A stretch of 64,000 nt of DNA, taken from positions 78,802,001 through 78,866,000 of the forward strand of contig NC_043004.1 in assembly GCF_006345805.1 (NCBI RefSeq), in the 5' to 3' direction. Shown here piece by piece: positions 1 through 12,482 of this stretch. Every line of letters starts with the position of its first letter. Position 1 is the stretch's first letter. A model generated the notes under the pieces. That model searched no databases and was not told the origin of the DNA. It was given only the letters and a program-made list of their open reading frames with translations. Origin of the DNA: Octopus sinensis. Its lineage: Eukaryota. A program made the translations under genes and the position numbers.

Positions 1-465
1 CCTCTTGACCTTTCTAATCAGAAATGTTCTTCCTATTGGAGAACCGGCTGTCTCGAAGTTTTTGCGATGCTGAAGTATGATATGTGTGAGAGAAACAGTA
101 TCTTGGTGTTACTCGCTCAGTCCCTGAGATAAAAAGGGTGACTAAAATGATGCAATGATACAAAGGTGAAAGACAGAAGCAATCTGCGAACGTTTCCCAG
201 ATAATCACATTTATCTAAAGAATGTTTTCTAAAACCGAATATATATGTATATATATATGTATGTTTGTGTGTGTGCGTGCGTGTATACTTATATAAATAA
301 GTATGAGATCGTTATTTAAAATACCGATCATGTCAAGTGGGTAGCATGAGAATAAAAACTTCATAGGTAATAATTATTAAAATTATAATTAAGGGTATCT
401 AAAAGATACCACCATGTTAGATATAGCTGTCAAAACTTGATTCTAAAACCACATCAAATATTCAC

Positions 466-580
<115 letters not shown>

Positions 581-855
581 TCTCTTATTATAAAAGGCAG
601 ATTTTATCTGCCTCCCTTTGGGAGTTATACAAATCTACAATATAGGATTTCTTCAATTACAATTTACCTAGCAATTTTAAGAGTACAATGCATCGCGTCA
701 TGCCAGCTCCAGTTTTTAAAATTTAAACTCCAATTAAGCAAAATTTACAGAAAACTCACATTCTGGTGTGTGTGTCAAATGCTTTTCTTAGTCTGGTTTA
801 CACCACACGCAAACGCACACACACAGTGGGCAGCGAATAAAATGAAAGTAATTTA
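581..855 (+). mobile_element. Interspersed repeat copy 1, possible Helitron-like 5' portion
   Basis: Near-identical to 2789..3063; starts A|TCTCTTATTATAAAAG, resembling Helitron 5' TC ends; no 3' CTAG seen. Confidence 0.5.
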
Positions 856-947
856 CTTACTGTAGTGAGTGATTCTTTCACTCTGCCTCCCACTTCCTAT
901 TTCAACACATAGACACGCAAATATATAAATAAAATTGTAAGCTAACG

Positions 948-960
948 TGCGTGTGTGTGA

Positions 961-994
<34 letters not shown>

Positions 995-1016
995 GCGCGC
1001 GTGTGTGTGTGTGAGG

Positions 1017-1054
<38 letters not shown>

Positions 1055-1067
1055 GCGTGAGTGTGTG
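948..1067. repeat. (GT)n/(GC)n microsatellite
   Basis: Direct dinucleotide run. Confidence 0.97.
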
Positions 1068-1106
1068 ACAGGAAAGTTTTTTACGACGAATATAAGTAGC
1101 AGAAAG

Positions 1107-1370
1107 ATAAGACAGTAAGGTGTGATTTGAGGGAGATTTGGCTGCTATTTCTACCATGTCTAGCTGCCATGTAGGGGTCTCCCTCATAGGCTCATACATA
1201 CATATATACATAGATAAGACAGTAAGGTGTGATTTGGGGGAAATTTGGCTGCTATTTCTACCAGGTCTAGCTACCATGTAGAGGTCCTCCTCATTGGCTC
1301 ATATATATATACATACATAAGACAGTAAGGTGTGATTTGAGGGACATTTGGCTGCTGTTTCTACCAGGTC
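1107..1370 (+). repeat. Three head-to-tail ~105-bp units
   Basis: ATAAGACAGTAAGGTGTGATTTG..TTTGGCTG.T.TTTCTACCA starts at 1107, 1214 and 1317, separated by short CATA/TA spacers. Confidence 0.9.
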
Positions 1371-1440
1371 TGTTAGGCTTTCTCATGTAAACTCAAGCTT
1401 TCTCATGCCTTGAACATAAGACCAAAGCAGAGAATGTATT

Positions 1441-1650
1441 CTTTTATTCTTCTGCTTTTTCCAGCCATTGGTCTGTGGCCATGCTGGGGCAATGCCTTGA
1501 AGAATTGTAGTTTAATGAATCAACTCCAGTTTTATTTTTGTAAGCATTGTACTTATTCTATCTGTTTCCTTCGTCAAACCACTAGGTGACAGGGATGTAA
1601 ACAAAACAACATTCGTTGTCAAGCAGTGGTGGAGGACAATCACAAGCACA
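1441..1650 (+). mobile_element. Diverged SINE-associated repeat (family D module)
   Basis: GGCCATGCTGGGGCA..GTAAGC..GTACTTATTCTATC..GTAAACA..GTTGTCAAG matches copies at 20205, 33865, 46612 and 46880. Confidence 0.7.
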
Positions 1651-1738
1651 GACACGCACACACACACACATACATGCATACACATATACACACATACATA
1701 CATACATACATATATATATATATGTGTGTATATATATA

Positions 1739-1996
1739 TTGCAGCGTGGAAGGTGTTTGTAAGCCATTTAAGAAACACACAAAAACCGTTACATTCACTT
1801 CAACATTTAAATTTCATTTGCCAAAATATTTTCGTCGCTTTGAGACCGCGACCTCTTCACTGACAAAAATATCGTGCTAACAGGTCGCGGTCTCAAAGCG
1901 ACGAAAATATTTGACAAATTAAATTTAAATGTTGAAGTGAATCTAACGGTTTTTGTGTGTTTCTTAAATGGCTTATAAACACCTTCAACGCTGCAA
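1739..1996. mobile_element. Fold-back element: ~115-bp inverted arms, 27-nt spacer, degenerate hammerhead-like motif
   Basis: 1739..1854 is the reverse complement of 1882..1996; flanked by (TA)n. Confidence 0.85.
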
Positions 1997-2160
1997 CCGT
2001 TTTCGTTCCAGCACACGATCTCAGATCAAGTCACTTGCTATGCAAGTACATCTCTGTAACTATTTATATATTTATATATATATATATATATGTATATTGG
2101 TAAAAACAGTAAGATAACAAAAGAAAGAAAGAGACCTCAATATTATGTAAATAGAGGAAA

Positions 2161-2554
2161 TCTTTATATATAAAAGTGAGGTTGTGTGTCTGTCTCCTAC
2201 GATTTAGATTCCTAACTACTCCCACATTTTGCGGTGCAGTTTAACCAAAACCGGGTATCTTATAGTCGTGATTCATATCGAGACCGTCTGGGTATTAGCG
2301 CGCGTCTACGATGAGTCTACGATTTAAAAAAAAATTACCATCAATTTTTCCCATTTTTAATCCATTTTTGACATATATAAGGGAAGTAACTCTCTAAAAT
2401 TTATTATTAAATCTCAGAACGTAAAAAGCTACAGTAACACCCCTCCCCCTTTGTGGTTAGCCATATTGAGATGGCTATTATACTTTACATCTCTAAAAAT
2501 GCTTATATAGTTATTTCCCTTACAAACCCGAGCAACGCCGGGCGATACTGCTAG
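2161..2554 (+). mobile_element. Non-autonomous Helitron copy 1
   Basis: A|TC 5' end, subterminal hairpin CCCGAGCAACGCCGGG, 3' CTAG|T, no TSD; second copy at 4482..4878. Confidence 0.85.
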
Positions 2555-2714
2555 TATATATATATTTATATACATATATATTTATAAGTATATATATATA
2601 TATTTATATGTATATATATATTTATATGTACACACATATATATTTATGTATGTATGTATGTATATATTTATATGTATATATATATTTATATGTACACACA
2701 TATACATATGTATG

Positions 2715-2757
<43 letters not shown>

Positions 2758-2788
2758 TTATGTATATATATTTATATATATCTATATA

Positions 2789-3063
2789 TCTCTTATTATA
2801 AAAGACAGATTTTATCTGCCTCCCTTTGGGAGTTATACAAATCTACAATATAGGATTTCTTCAATTACAATTTACCTAGCATTTTTAAGAGTACAATGCA
2901 TCGCGTCATGCCAGGTCCAGTTTTTAAAATTTAAACTCCAATTAAGCAAAATTTACAGAAAACTCACATTCTGGTGTGTGTGTCAAATGCTTTTATTAGT
3001 CTGGTTTACACCACACGCAAACGCACATACACAGTGTGCAATGAATAAACTGAAACTAATTCA
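2789..3063 (+). mobile_element. Interspersed repeat copy 2 (pairs with 581..855)
   Basis: Near-identical ~275-bp sequence, again starting at the end of a (TA)n tract. Confidence 0.6.
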
Positions 3064-3091
3064 CAGTGTGTTGACAGGTAGAAAATAGAAT

Positions 3092-3139
3092 GCGATAGCG
3101 ATGGCTATGGCGATGGCGATGGCTATGGCGATGGCGATG
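3092..3139. repeat. (GCGATG/GCTATG)n hexamer repeat
   Basis: Direct; gives the AIAIAI ORF. Confidence 0.95.
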
Positions 3140-3544
3140 TAATATTTGTTTCTCTCTATGACGCTCATAAAAGCATTGATGTACATGTGTGCGTGCGTGA
3201 GTGTGTGTGTGTCATTCCTCACACACACGCATACACATACATATATGAGAGTGGCAAACACAAACGTTTCAAACAACTACATACAAACACGTGTGTGTTT
3301 GTTATTAGTAAAAAAAGGCGCCAAAACACAACTCACTTATCATTCCAACACATTTGCAAAGACACACGGACGGTCGAATAACAATACAGAAAAGGTAAAT
3401 TGGTTTTTATTTTACTCTGTATATATTTTATTATATAATATTATATATAGATATATGTATATATAATTGCAGTATGAAACAGTGTTTATGTATAAACAGA
3501 CGACACTTATATATAGTTATTAATAAATGTATGCATCCGTTTAA

Positions 3545-4369
3545 CCCTTTCGTTATCAAACCGCCCGAAAAAAATTTTGGTTAATGTGACCAAGCCGCCC
3601 GAATTTACCTATTCATATTTTAATGAGAATATCAGAGTAAATCTCTTTAGAACATTCGTGAAAACACGTATTATACTTCGTAAACAGTTCAACTACAGTT
3701 TTGTACAAAAATCGAAGTGTAATTTTAATTCCGTGAATTATGGGAGATTTTTTCCCGAAATTTGTTCCTATTGTGTTTTCAAAATTTGTAATTCTGACAA
3801 AAAAATGGATACGAATTTCATTATATCAAGCAGCGAGTCAGAATTCGAAGGATTTTCTACTGAAGACCTTCATAAATCTAACTCTATGACTGAAAAAAAA
3901 AAAGCATGTGGTATTTGATCTCAACCTAAACAAAGCGAAAGAAACGATAGTTTGTTATTTCCCACAACCTTAAATGAAATTAAGGCCTATTTTGCCATAA
4001 ATATTATTATGGGTATTAGAAAGTTACCCAGAATAACAAATTCTATCGTAAAATTTTGTTGTATACCCAATTGAATATTAGCTAATAACCCATTTTCTAT
4101 AGCGATGTTTGAACAAAATTTTAATAATTTTATATATTGTTGAATTTACCTGTATCTACCTGCAATTAGAGTCACTTTGTGACAAAAATTATAGTATAGA
4201 ATTGGTTGAGAACATTTCACTAAATTATCTTCCAAAAATCAGATTAATATATTCATAAATAAAAAAGTTATAGTTGTTTAATGAAACCAGACTAAATTTA
4301 TGATTACGTTAGAAATTAATTGAAACACATAAGGGGTGTATTTTGGTGAGAAATATAGTAACGAAAGGG
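3545..4369 (+). mobile_element. piggyBac-like internal-deletion derivative
   Basis: TTAA at 3541..3544 and 4370..4373; 11-bp TIR CCCTTTCGTTA/TAACGAAAGGG; transposase remnants SSSESEFEGF and PTTLNEIKAYFAINIIMGIRKLPRI (3961..4041). Confidence 0.9.
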
Positions 4370-4481
4370 TTAAGAAAAACCAAAAAATATTTTATTCTTT
4401 GTAAATGTTGTGTTCAAAATAACATTTTCTTTTAAGAATGTGTATATAACAAAGTATGTGTATATAACTACGTGGCTTATA

Positions 4482-4878
4482 TCTTTATATATAAGAGTGA
4501 AGTTGTGTGTCTGTCTCCTACGATTTAGATTCCTAACTACTCCCACATTTTGCGGTGCAGTTTAACCAAAAGCGGGTATCTTATAGTCGTGATTCATATC
4601 GAACCCTTCTGGGTATTAGCGCGCGTCTACGATGAGTCTACGATTTAAAAAAAATTTACCATCATATTTTTCCATTTTAATGCATATTTTTCGTTATTAT
4701 ATAAGGGAAGTAACTCTCTAAAAATATCTACGATGTGTCAACGATTTAAAAAAAAATTACCTTAATGTTTTTTCAATTTTTAATGCATTTTTTTCCTATT
4801 TTTTGGCTATAACTCTCTAAAAATGCTTATATAGTTATTTCCCTTACAAACCCAAGCAACGCCGGGCGATACTGCTAG
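4482..4878 (+). mobile_element. Non-autonomous Helitron copy 2
   Basis: A|TC start, CCCAAGCAACGCCGGG hairpin, CTAG|T end; homologous to 2161..2554. Confidence 0.85.
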
Positions 4879-5955
4879 TGTATATATATATTTATATATG
4901 TATATATATATATATAATATATATATATATGCTTATACATATTTATATATATATATTCATATATATTTATTCCATGATAATATTTTTCAATCTATTATTT
5001 ACTATTCTAAGCGTTTTAGGGCCCCTTACAACATACACCATGTTTCTATTTATTTATTTATTTATTTATTTATCTTACCCCGGTCTCAATAGCTGGTCTT
5101 TTGTTTTTAAATTTCAACTGACCAATTACATCAAACGTTGGACCTTGGCCTATCTTACTTCGGACAACAAGTGGAAGGGCTTAACCACCTACGAGTAAAT
5201 AAATGAAAATTTACAAAACTCTACTGTATCTACACCCTTTCTCCGACTAAAATCTATTGGCGTATCCCTCTTTTGCTTTTTTTTTTTCAATTTTTTTATT
5301 ATTTATCCATCGTATCCCCCCCCACTGTACAAAGGATTAATCCACCCATTGCTATTTTGGTTTAGTCATTTAACATCCTAAAGAAACACGCGAGTAAAAT
5401 GGTATGATTGATTCTAGTTTCAGCTCACGAGCTGTGGCCATGCTGGGGCACTACAACCATATTCAACTTTTCCCTTTTTCTTCTCAACGCTCTTCTTCCT
5501 TATTTATTCTTCACTCTGAAGAAGCTCCTGGTTTCAGATAGGTTTTATTACCAAATATAATTAATATTTTTACAGATTTTAGCATATCAATGGCAATACC
5601 ATGTAACACTGGAAGCAGAAACAGCTGTTAGATGGGATGCAGTCTATTTGCTTTGAATTAATAAATAATAATTGATGTAATCCAATTTTTGTCCAATACT
5701 TCTCCATTTTCTGTTTTCTTCACATTTTCATTCCTGATAAACCAATGTTTATTCTTGTCTATAATTTATGAGCATAATATGCCCATGATTAACTAACTAA
5801 CTAACATGGTTAAATATAGGTAATATACTGGTTGTGTAATGGATACTTCTATCCCTTAGACGGTTATTTGAACCTCTAACTCAACTAACCTACATATATA
5901 TATATTACACACATACACACACATTTACATATATGCATATACACACATACATATG

Positions 5956-5989
<34 letters not shown>

Positions 5990-6072
5990 CACTTAGATAA
6001 ATGAATGCAAAAAGAAAAGAGGCAACACAGAAGGGACAAACACACATACAAACATATATACATATCCTTGAA

Positions 6073-6098
6073 AGAGAGAGAGAGAGAGAGAGAGAGAG

Positions 6099-6129
<31 letters not shown>
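6073..6129. repeat. (GA)n microsatellite
   Basis: Direct. Confidence 0.97.
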
Positions 6130-6132
<3 letters not shown>

Positions 6133-6805
6133 GTCGATTTTCACAGTTTTAGAACTCATAATACTGAAATTTATAACAGAATCCTAAACCATTTCTGCTA
6201 ATCCACCACCACCATCCTCAACACCTTCTCCATCACCATTTTGTAAAGCCAAATATATTTCTAAAATGTGGGTTATATGGTATATCCGTCAAGCAACAAC
6301 AACAGCAGCAGCTGTTGCAGCATCAGCATCAGCAACAACAACAACAACACCCAACAGCATCCATATTCTAGAAATATATTTGAGTTTTATGTATGGGTTT
6401 GGTACTTGATTAAAAAAAACGGTTGAAAACGATTTACAAAGAATATGAAAATTGCAACGATGTTGCTTTGAAAAAAAGGAAAAATGAAGAAGAAAGATAA
6501 GAAGAAGAAGAAGAAGAAGATGATTTTGTTGTTTGAATTTGTTGGTGTTTACTCTCCCCTATTTTGGGAGTTCAAAGACTTCGTATTCCTGGCTGTCAAG
6601 TGTCAAGTGTTCCTTTCTGTCACCTACATTTCCAGGCTTTGAATTATAATAGACGTGTGGTGAACACAAGCACACACACACACACGCACGCAAACACGCG
6701 CTCAAACATACATACATGCACACGCATGCGCAGGTACACAGATGCATTAACACACACAAGGACATTCACAAATTCCACCTATACATACATGCAAACACAC
6801 ACACG

Positions 6806-6812
6806 TAGTACA

Positions 6813-6866
<54 letters not shown>

Positions 6867-6971
6867 CACTCATGCTCACAGATGCATACACTCACGAGGG
6901 GATTGACAAAGCCCACCCCACATATCCGTATATATATATATGTTTATATATGTATATATATATATATAAAT

Positions 6972-7043
<72 letters not shown>

Positions 7044-7150
7044 ATGTATATATATATATGTATATGTGTATATATATATATGTATATATGTATATATATA
7101 TCTATGTTTGTATATATATGTATATACATATGTATATATATGTATACAAA

Positions 7151-7211
<61 letters not shown>

Positions 7212-7330
7212 GTATACATATGTGTATATATATGTATATATATATGTATATATATATGTATATATATGTGTATATACATATATGTATATATATGTATGTG
7301 TGTGTGTGTGTGTGTGTGTGTATGTATATA
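6806..7330. repeat. Compound (TA)n/(TG)n microsatellite block
   Basis: Direct; explains the ORFs between 6882 and 7440. Confidence 0.95.
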
Positions 7331-8269
7331 TTCAGAGCGACTTTTTCTTCTTGTGTGGTCAAGATGTTACAGGGATAATGGAAGATATGAAGCATGCATT
7401 CATATCCTTCAAAGAAACTTTTGATATTTACTTGAAATAAATTGAAGCAAATGTTGTATAACTTGAGAATTTCTGTTCATTTCAACCTAAACACACCGTT
7501 TCTCAACGCACAAATGCGTCAGATATTCCACAGGAATCTGTAATTACGCAATATGATAAGACCTCATGCTGTCATATAACATTATATACAGAGGAACTGC
7601 ATCAATGATAGGTTTGCATGCGTACGACGAATATTTTTGATAATTCAAGATATAAATGGAAATTGAATTTAACCGTTTTATGTGTTTTTAAATGACTAAA
7701 AAGGAATGTTCCCTAATGTAAATGCTTCAGTTTCTATACATAGTCTCAGACCAAATTCCTTGGTGGACATCTACAAGTTCACAATACAATGGACAATAGT
7801 ATTAGCACGTTACAATTGTGTTCGTCATGAAATCTTTTAATGCAGACAGTGTTATTTACAAGTATACGCAATCTCTGATGACTTGATATTGTAATCGGTT
7901 TATAAGGTACCTTATATGACAAATTTTATTATTATTCATAAAATACGTGTAAGATGACGTAACTAAATAATTTACGAATTCCTGTTTTTATATACGATCT
8001 CTGTGATCTTTCTAATTATGGAGTCTTGTGAAAATAAACTTCTGCTATAATACGCGTACCCCTAGCAGTATTCTTTTTTTGTTGAGTATGAATACACATA
8101 GAATTCTCAATACTGGCTATATATTGTGCAATCTAAATATAAATCGCACCGTACACACAATCACACGCACACACATATAATATATATATATACACATATG
8201 TGTGTGTGTGTATGCGTGTGCTTGTGTGTATATATAAAGCCACGAGAGCCACCGTCTGGTACTGCACCA

Positions 8270-8616
8270 GGGCATTTATTATTATTATTATTATTATCAT
8301 TCAGTAGTTTTATTTTTATTGCGTGCTTTCACTTCACTACCGAGCGCAGCTATGTGTGCCTTGGGTATGTGCTGTGATTTGTTGTGATGCTCTGATGGTT
8401 ATTGTATGGAAAGTGTTCTGCGTAGGATGTGTGCAGTGCCTAGTAGTGCAATTTTCTGTATGTTATATGTGTTTGTAAGTCCTGGTGTTTTTGTTATGTA
8501 TTTGTCTGAATATTTTTTTATCATGCCTAATGCACCTACTATGATAGGAATTGTTTCTGTTTTCAGGTTCCACATTCTAGTTACCTCTATTTCCAGGTCT
8601 TTGTATTTTGAAAGTT
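8270..8616 (-). mobile_element. 3' end of an RLE-type (R4/Dong-like) non-LTR retrotransposon
   Basis: Minus strand reads KLSKYKDLEIEVTRMWNLKTETIPIIVGALGMIKKYSDKYITKTPGLTNTYNIQKIALLGTAHILRRTLS, then a short UTR and (TAA)n tail. Confidence 0.85.
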
Positions 8617-8733
8617 TATTATTATTATGATGATTCGTTTATTTCTTTATTGTTGCTGTTTGCCATTGTTGTTGCTGTTGTTATTAATATTATTATTATT
8701 ATTATTATTATATTATTATTATTATTATTTTAT

Positions 8734-8801
<68 letters not shown>

Positions 8802-9249
8802 AAAGTACATTAGTGCTTGGAAAATTAGAATACAACACAAATTAAAGAAAAACATAAATCCATCTTTCGATAAGAAATAAAACGCGATAAATGTGAGGTT
8901 TCTGTCATTACATGCTCCTGTAATTTAAGGTTTTGATAAAGACCCGTGAAAACTAGGTTGGTTGGCCTCTTAGAAGCGAAACGAGAAATCTTACTGCCGT
9001 TTTAGGATTAGTTAACGATGCATGCAAGGAAGAAATATTAAAATTACATTAAGTTTTGGAAGAGAACAGACACACACCCGTTCGTGTGAACACACACGCA
9101 CACACATCACACGCACTTACGCCCACTTACATAGAAGACATCTTAGATATATGTTTCATAGATACAGACGAAGAAATGTATATATGTGAGTGAATATATA
9201 TATATATATATATATATATAAGTACATGTATGTATGTTTATGCTTATAT

Positions 9250-9296
<47 letters not shown>

Positions 9297-9347
9297 AAAG
9301 TACATGTATGTATGTTTATGCTTATATACATAAATCCATCCATATAT

Positions 9348-9418
<71 letters not shown>

Positions 9419-9914
9419 GATATGCATATGTGCGTGGACATCTATATCTTTATCCATCTATCTATCTGTAATATATGTATATATATATGTATCATATCAT
9501 GTATATGCATTGTACATACACATGGCACTTGGGAGTCAGGAAATCTCAAGACTACAAGAATTCTCTCATTATATGGCATTCACTAATGGAACAATGGCTA
9601 ACTTTATGGATTCATATCCATATTTACTGTATTCACGACCACACTATACTCATGCCTACATGATGCATGTGTGTGTGTGTGTGAATGTGTACTTGTATAC
9701 ATGTTTGTATGTACGTACGTGTACATATATATGTACACACACACACGAATATGCACATATATATACACACAAGATTTTAAAGTGAGCCTCTATACGTTTT
9801 ATGCTCTCATGGGACAATAGTCGGACGCGTTTGTATAGCTTGTCTATTAAATGATATTTATGACTCCACAGATGAAGAACTCCTTGCTTGACGCCACCCT
9901 TAGCAGAACAGTAC

Positions 9915-9985
9915 ATGTATGTATGTATGTATGTATGTATGTATGTATGTATGTATGTATGTATGTATGTATGTATGTATGTATG
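9915..9985. repeat. (TATG)n microsatellite
   Basis: Direct. Confidence 0.97.
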
Positions 9986-10439
9986 CAAGCATGTATGTAC
10001 GTATGAGTGCATGTGCTAATATATATATATATATGCTTGCACGTACCTATGCATATCTCCTGGTGAATATATTTTTCAGATTTTTCTCCAACAGAGAACG
10101 AATCAGTTTTGGAGCCAGAAAGAAAGTTCTTTCACTGTAACTGAAACAATACCAACTCGGAATCCATGTATACATGTGTGTATATATGTATGCATGAATT
10201 TATGTATTTGTTTATGAATGTATGCATATGGACACGCATGTACGTGTGTAAGCAAAGGAATCACTGACGTGTGTATTTTTTGATGTATGCATGTATGTAC
10301 ACATACATACGTACGTAATACATACATACATACAATTGTTCGCACGTATGCATATGTCCATGTTCTCATGTCTACACATGTGTGTATACATTTATCACAT
10401 TCTAAACTTTTGGAACTTTTTACAAATTTCGACAGTTTC

Positions 10440-11330
10440 ATCCATGGTTTGTAGCTACAATTTTGTAATTAGTCAAATTCTTCTCGGTTTTGTAAAGCCA
10501 AACTTTTCAATATTATTGCGAAATAAGTCACTCATATATTCAGGCTTCATGATAATTATCACCCCATGATAATTACAAACATAAACCTAATGCTAATGTT
10601 CAAGTGGTGTGTCAGTAGATTTCTAATCAATACGGCAAGGATGTTTTCTTGTCCCCTTGTCCATCTCCCGGACATCTGGTTTCTACAACGGTGCACACAA
10701 CTCTTTTCCCTGTTCCCAAACAGTATATCTGGTACGTTATGCTTACATTTTACCGTGGTTTTGATACGAATATTCCAGTAATATTCTTTTATATTATCAG
10801 TGAATATGTCATCCATCATCTCTGAAACATTTTTCTATATGGCTATCTTCATGGCTATCTTTTCTGTAGTTTAAGCTACAACATTATGCCTCGTAGATAA
10901 ATAGAATCATGTTGAAAATTTTGAACAGCTGCTTATGATGTGGTTGACATCTTCAGTTTTGATTCCATTAGAGTTATTACCAGCTGTCGTGCTTGTATTT
11001 TATCAAAACTCCCGTTTTACTAACGAATCAAGTATTTCGTTGTTGTATGCTGGATTGTAAATGCATAACCTTCAAACATAGAGCTAATATATACCAAACG
11101 TTGGTCCAAGATATGGACGACTCTGGCCGTCTGTTACTGCCATTTGAATCTTTCTGACAACGAAATCAGCTCCGATTTTCTGCTGATGTGCATGCGAGCC
11201 TTCGTCTCATGAGTCGTTTCTGCTAAATTGTGCAAATTTCTTGGGTGTGTATTGGACATGAGTCAAAGAATGCTTTCCAAGGAATCCTTTCTCGTGTGTT
11301 TATCTTGGATTACTTCGAATTAACGAAGTG
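10440..11330 (-). mobile_element. Decayed RLE-type LINE C-terminal region (CCHC plus PD..D/E nuclease)
   Basis: Minus-strand fragments FEGYAF, TEDVNHIISSCSKFST, RHNVVA, YWNIRIKTTVKCKHNVPDIL, with many stops and frameshifts. Confidence 0.7.
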
Positions 11331-11379
11331 CTTCCAAATATTTAATCGTTAAGCGAGTGGCAAATCCTCATAGGAATAA

Positions 11380-11598
11380 TATTGGCATCAAATTTTGATA
11401 CAATGCCAGCAATCTTTGAGAGGCGGGATTAAGTCGATTACATTGACCCCAGTGCTTAACTGGTACTTATTTTATCGACCCACGAAAGGATTAAAGGCAA
11501 AGTCGACCTTGGTGGAATTTGAACTCAGAACGTAAGGACAGATGAAATGGTGCTAATGTTTTGTCCGGCGTGCTAACGAATTCTGCCAGATCGCCGCC
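11380..11598 (-). mobile_element. tRNA-derived SINE family A
   Basis: Head GGCGGCGA..TGGCAGAA..GTTAGC, B-box-like GAGTTCAAATTCC, conserved CCTTT.ATCCTTTCG.GGGTCGATAAA block. Confidence 0.85.
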
Positions 11599-11916
11599 AT
11601 ACGTTCAACAGCAAGGATTTTACAAACTATGTTTACGTTCTTATTGATGAAATTTCACATGAGAAGATTTTTCAAGTGTGAAATACAGAAAAATAAAACA
11701 ATAATTGAGACAAAACCAATAATTTGATTAAATAGATAACTTACAAATAATTGTAAAGGCCGTGTGATGTGAGGCGATGACAATAGCTGTTTAGTACCAC
11801 ATCACACGGCCGATACAATAAAGAGAAATAGAATGGAACAAATAAATGCCAGAGGGAAAAGGGACACAACCGCGTAGAATGATTAAGAGAACATTTGTTG
11901 ATATGTTAACATGCGT

Positions 11917-11960
<44 letters not shown>

Positions 11961-12252
11961 CGTAATGTATACAGAACAATAGACAGTCCGTAGTGAGAAC
12001 AAAATATGTGAGTGTTGTAAGCAGAGATGTATGTGCGCGTATTAAGAACATTTAAGAATGGCAATAAGGAGGAGATAGCGAAAGAGTCTATAGTAATCGA
12101 AGTGAAGAGTAAGTTCATAGACACAGGAAAGATAGTACCAGTTCGTAGTCAGTCGTAAACGATAGTTGAAATACTGTATCAAGTCGCGGCCATGATGCTG
12201 AGCCGGTTACAGGTATATGTTGGACTCATGTCCAATACACACCCAAGAAAAA

Positions 12253-12482
12253 GACGGCGAGATGGCAGAGTCGTTAGCGCGCTGGACAAAATGCTTAGCG
12301 GTATTTCGTCTGCCGCTGCGTTTTGAGTTCAAATTCCGCCGAGATCGATTTTGCCTTTCATCCTTTCGGAGTCGATTAAATAAGTACCAGTTACGCACTG
12401 GGGTCGATATAATCGACTTAATCGGTTTATCTGTCCTTGTTTGTCCTCTCTGTGTTTAGCCCCTTATGGGTAGTAAAGAAAT
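12253..12482 (+). mobile_element. tRNA-derived SINE family A (long monomer)
   Basis: Same head and body; ends GTAGTAAAGAAAT; possible TSD AGGTATATGT at 12211 and 12483. Confidence 0.85.

Noticed and set aside
5060-5200. Short unique ORF tail (FKFQLTNYIKRWTL..)
   Set aside because: The ORF start is microsatellite-derived and there is no recognisable homology
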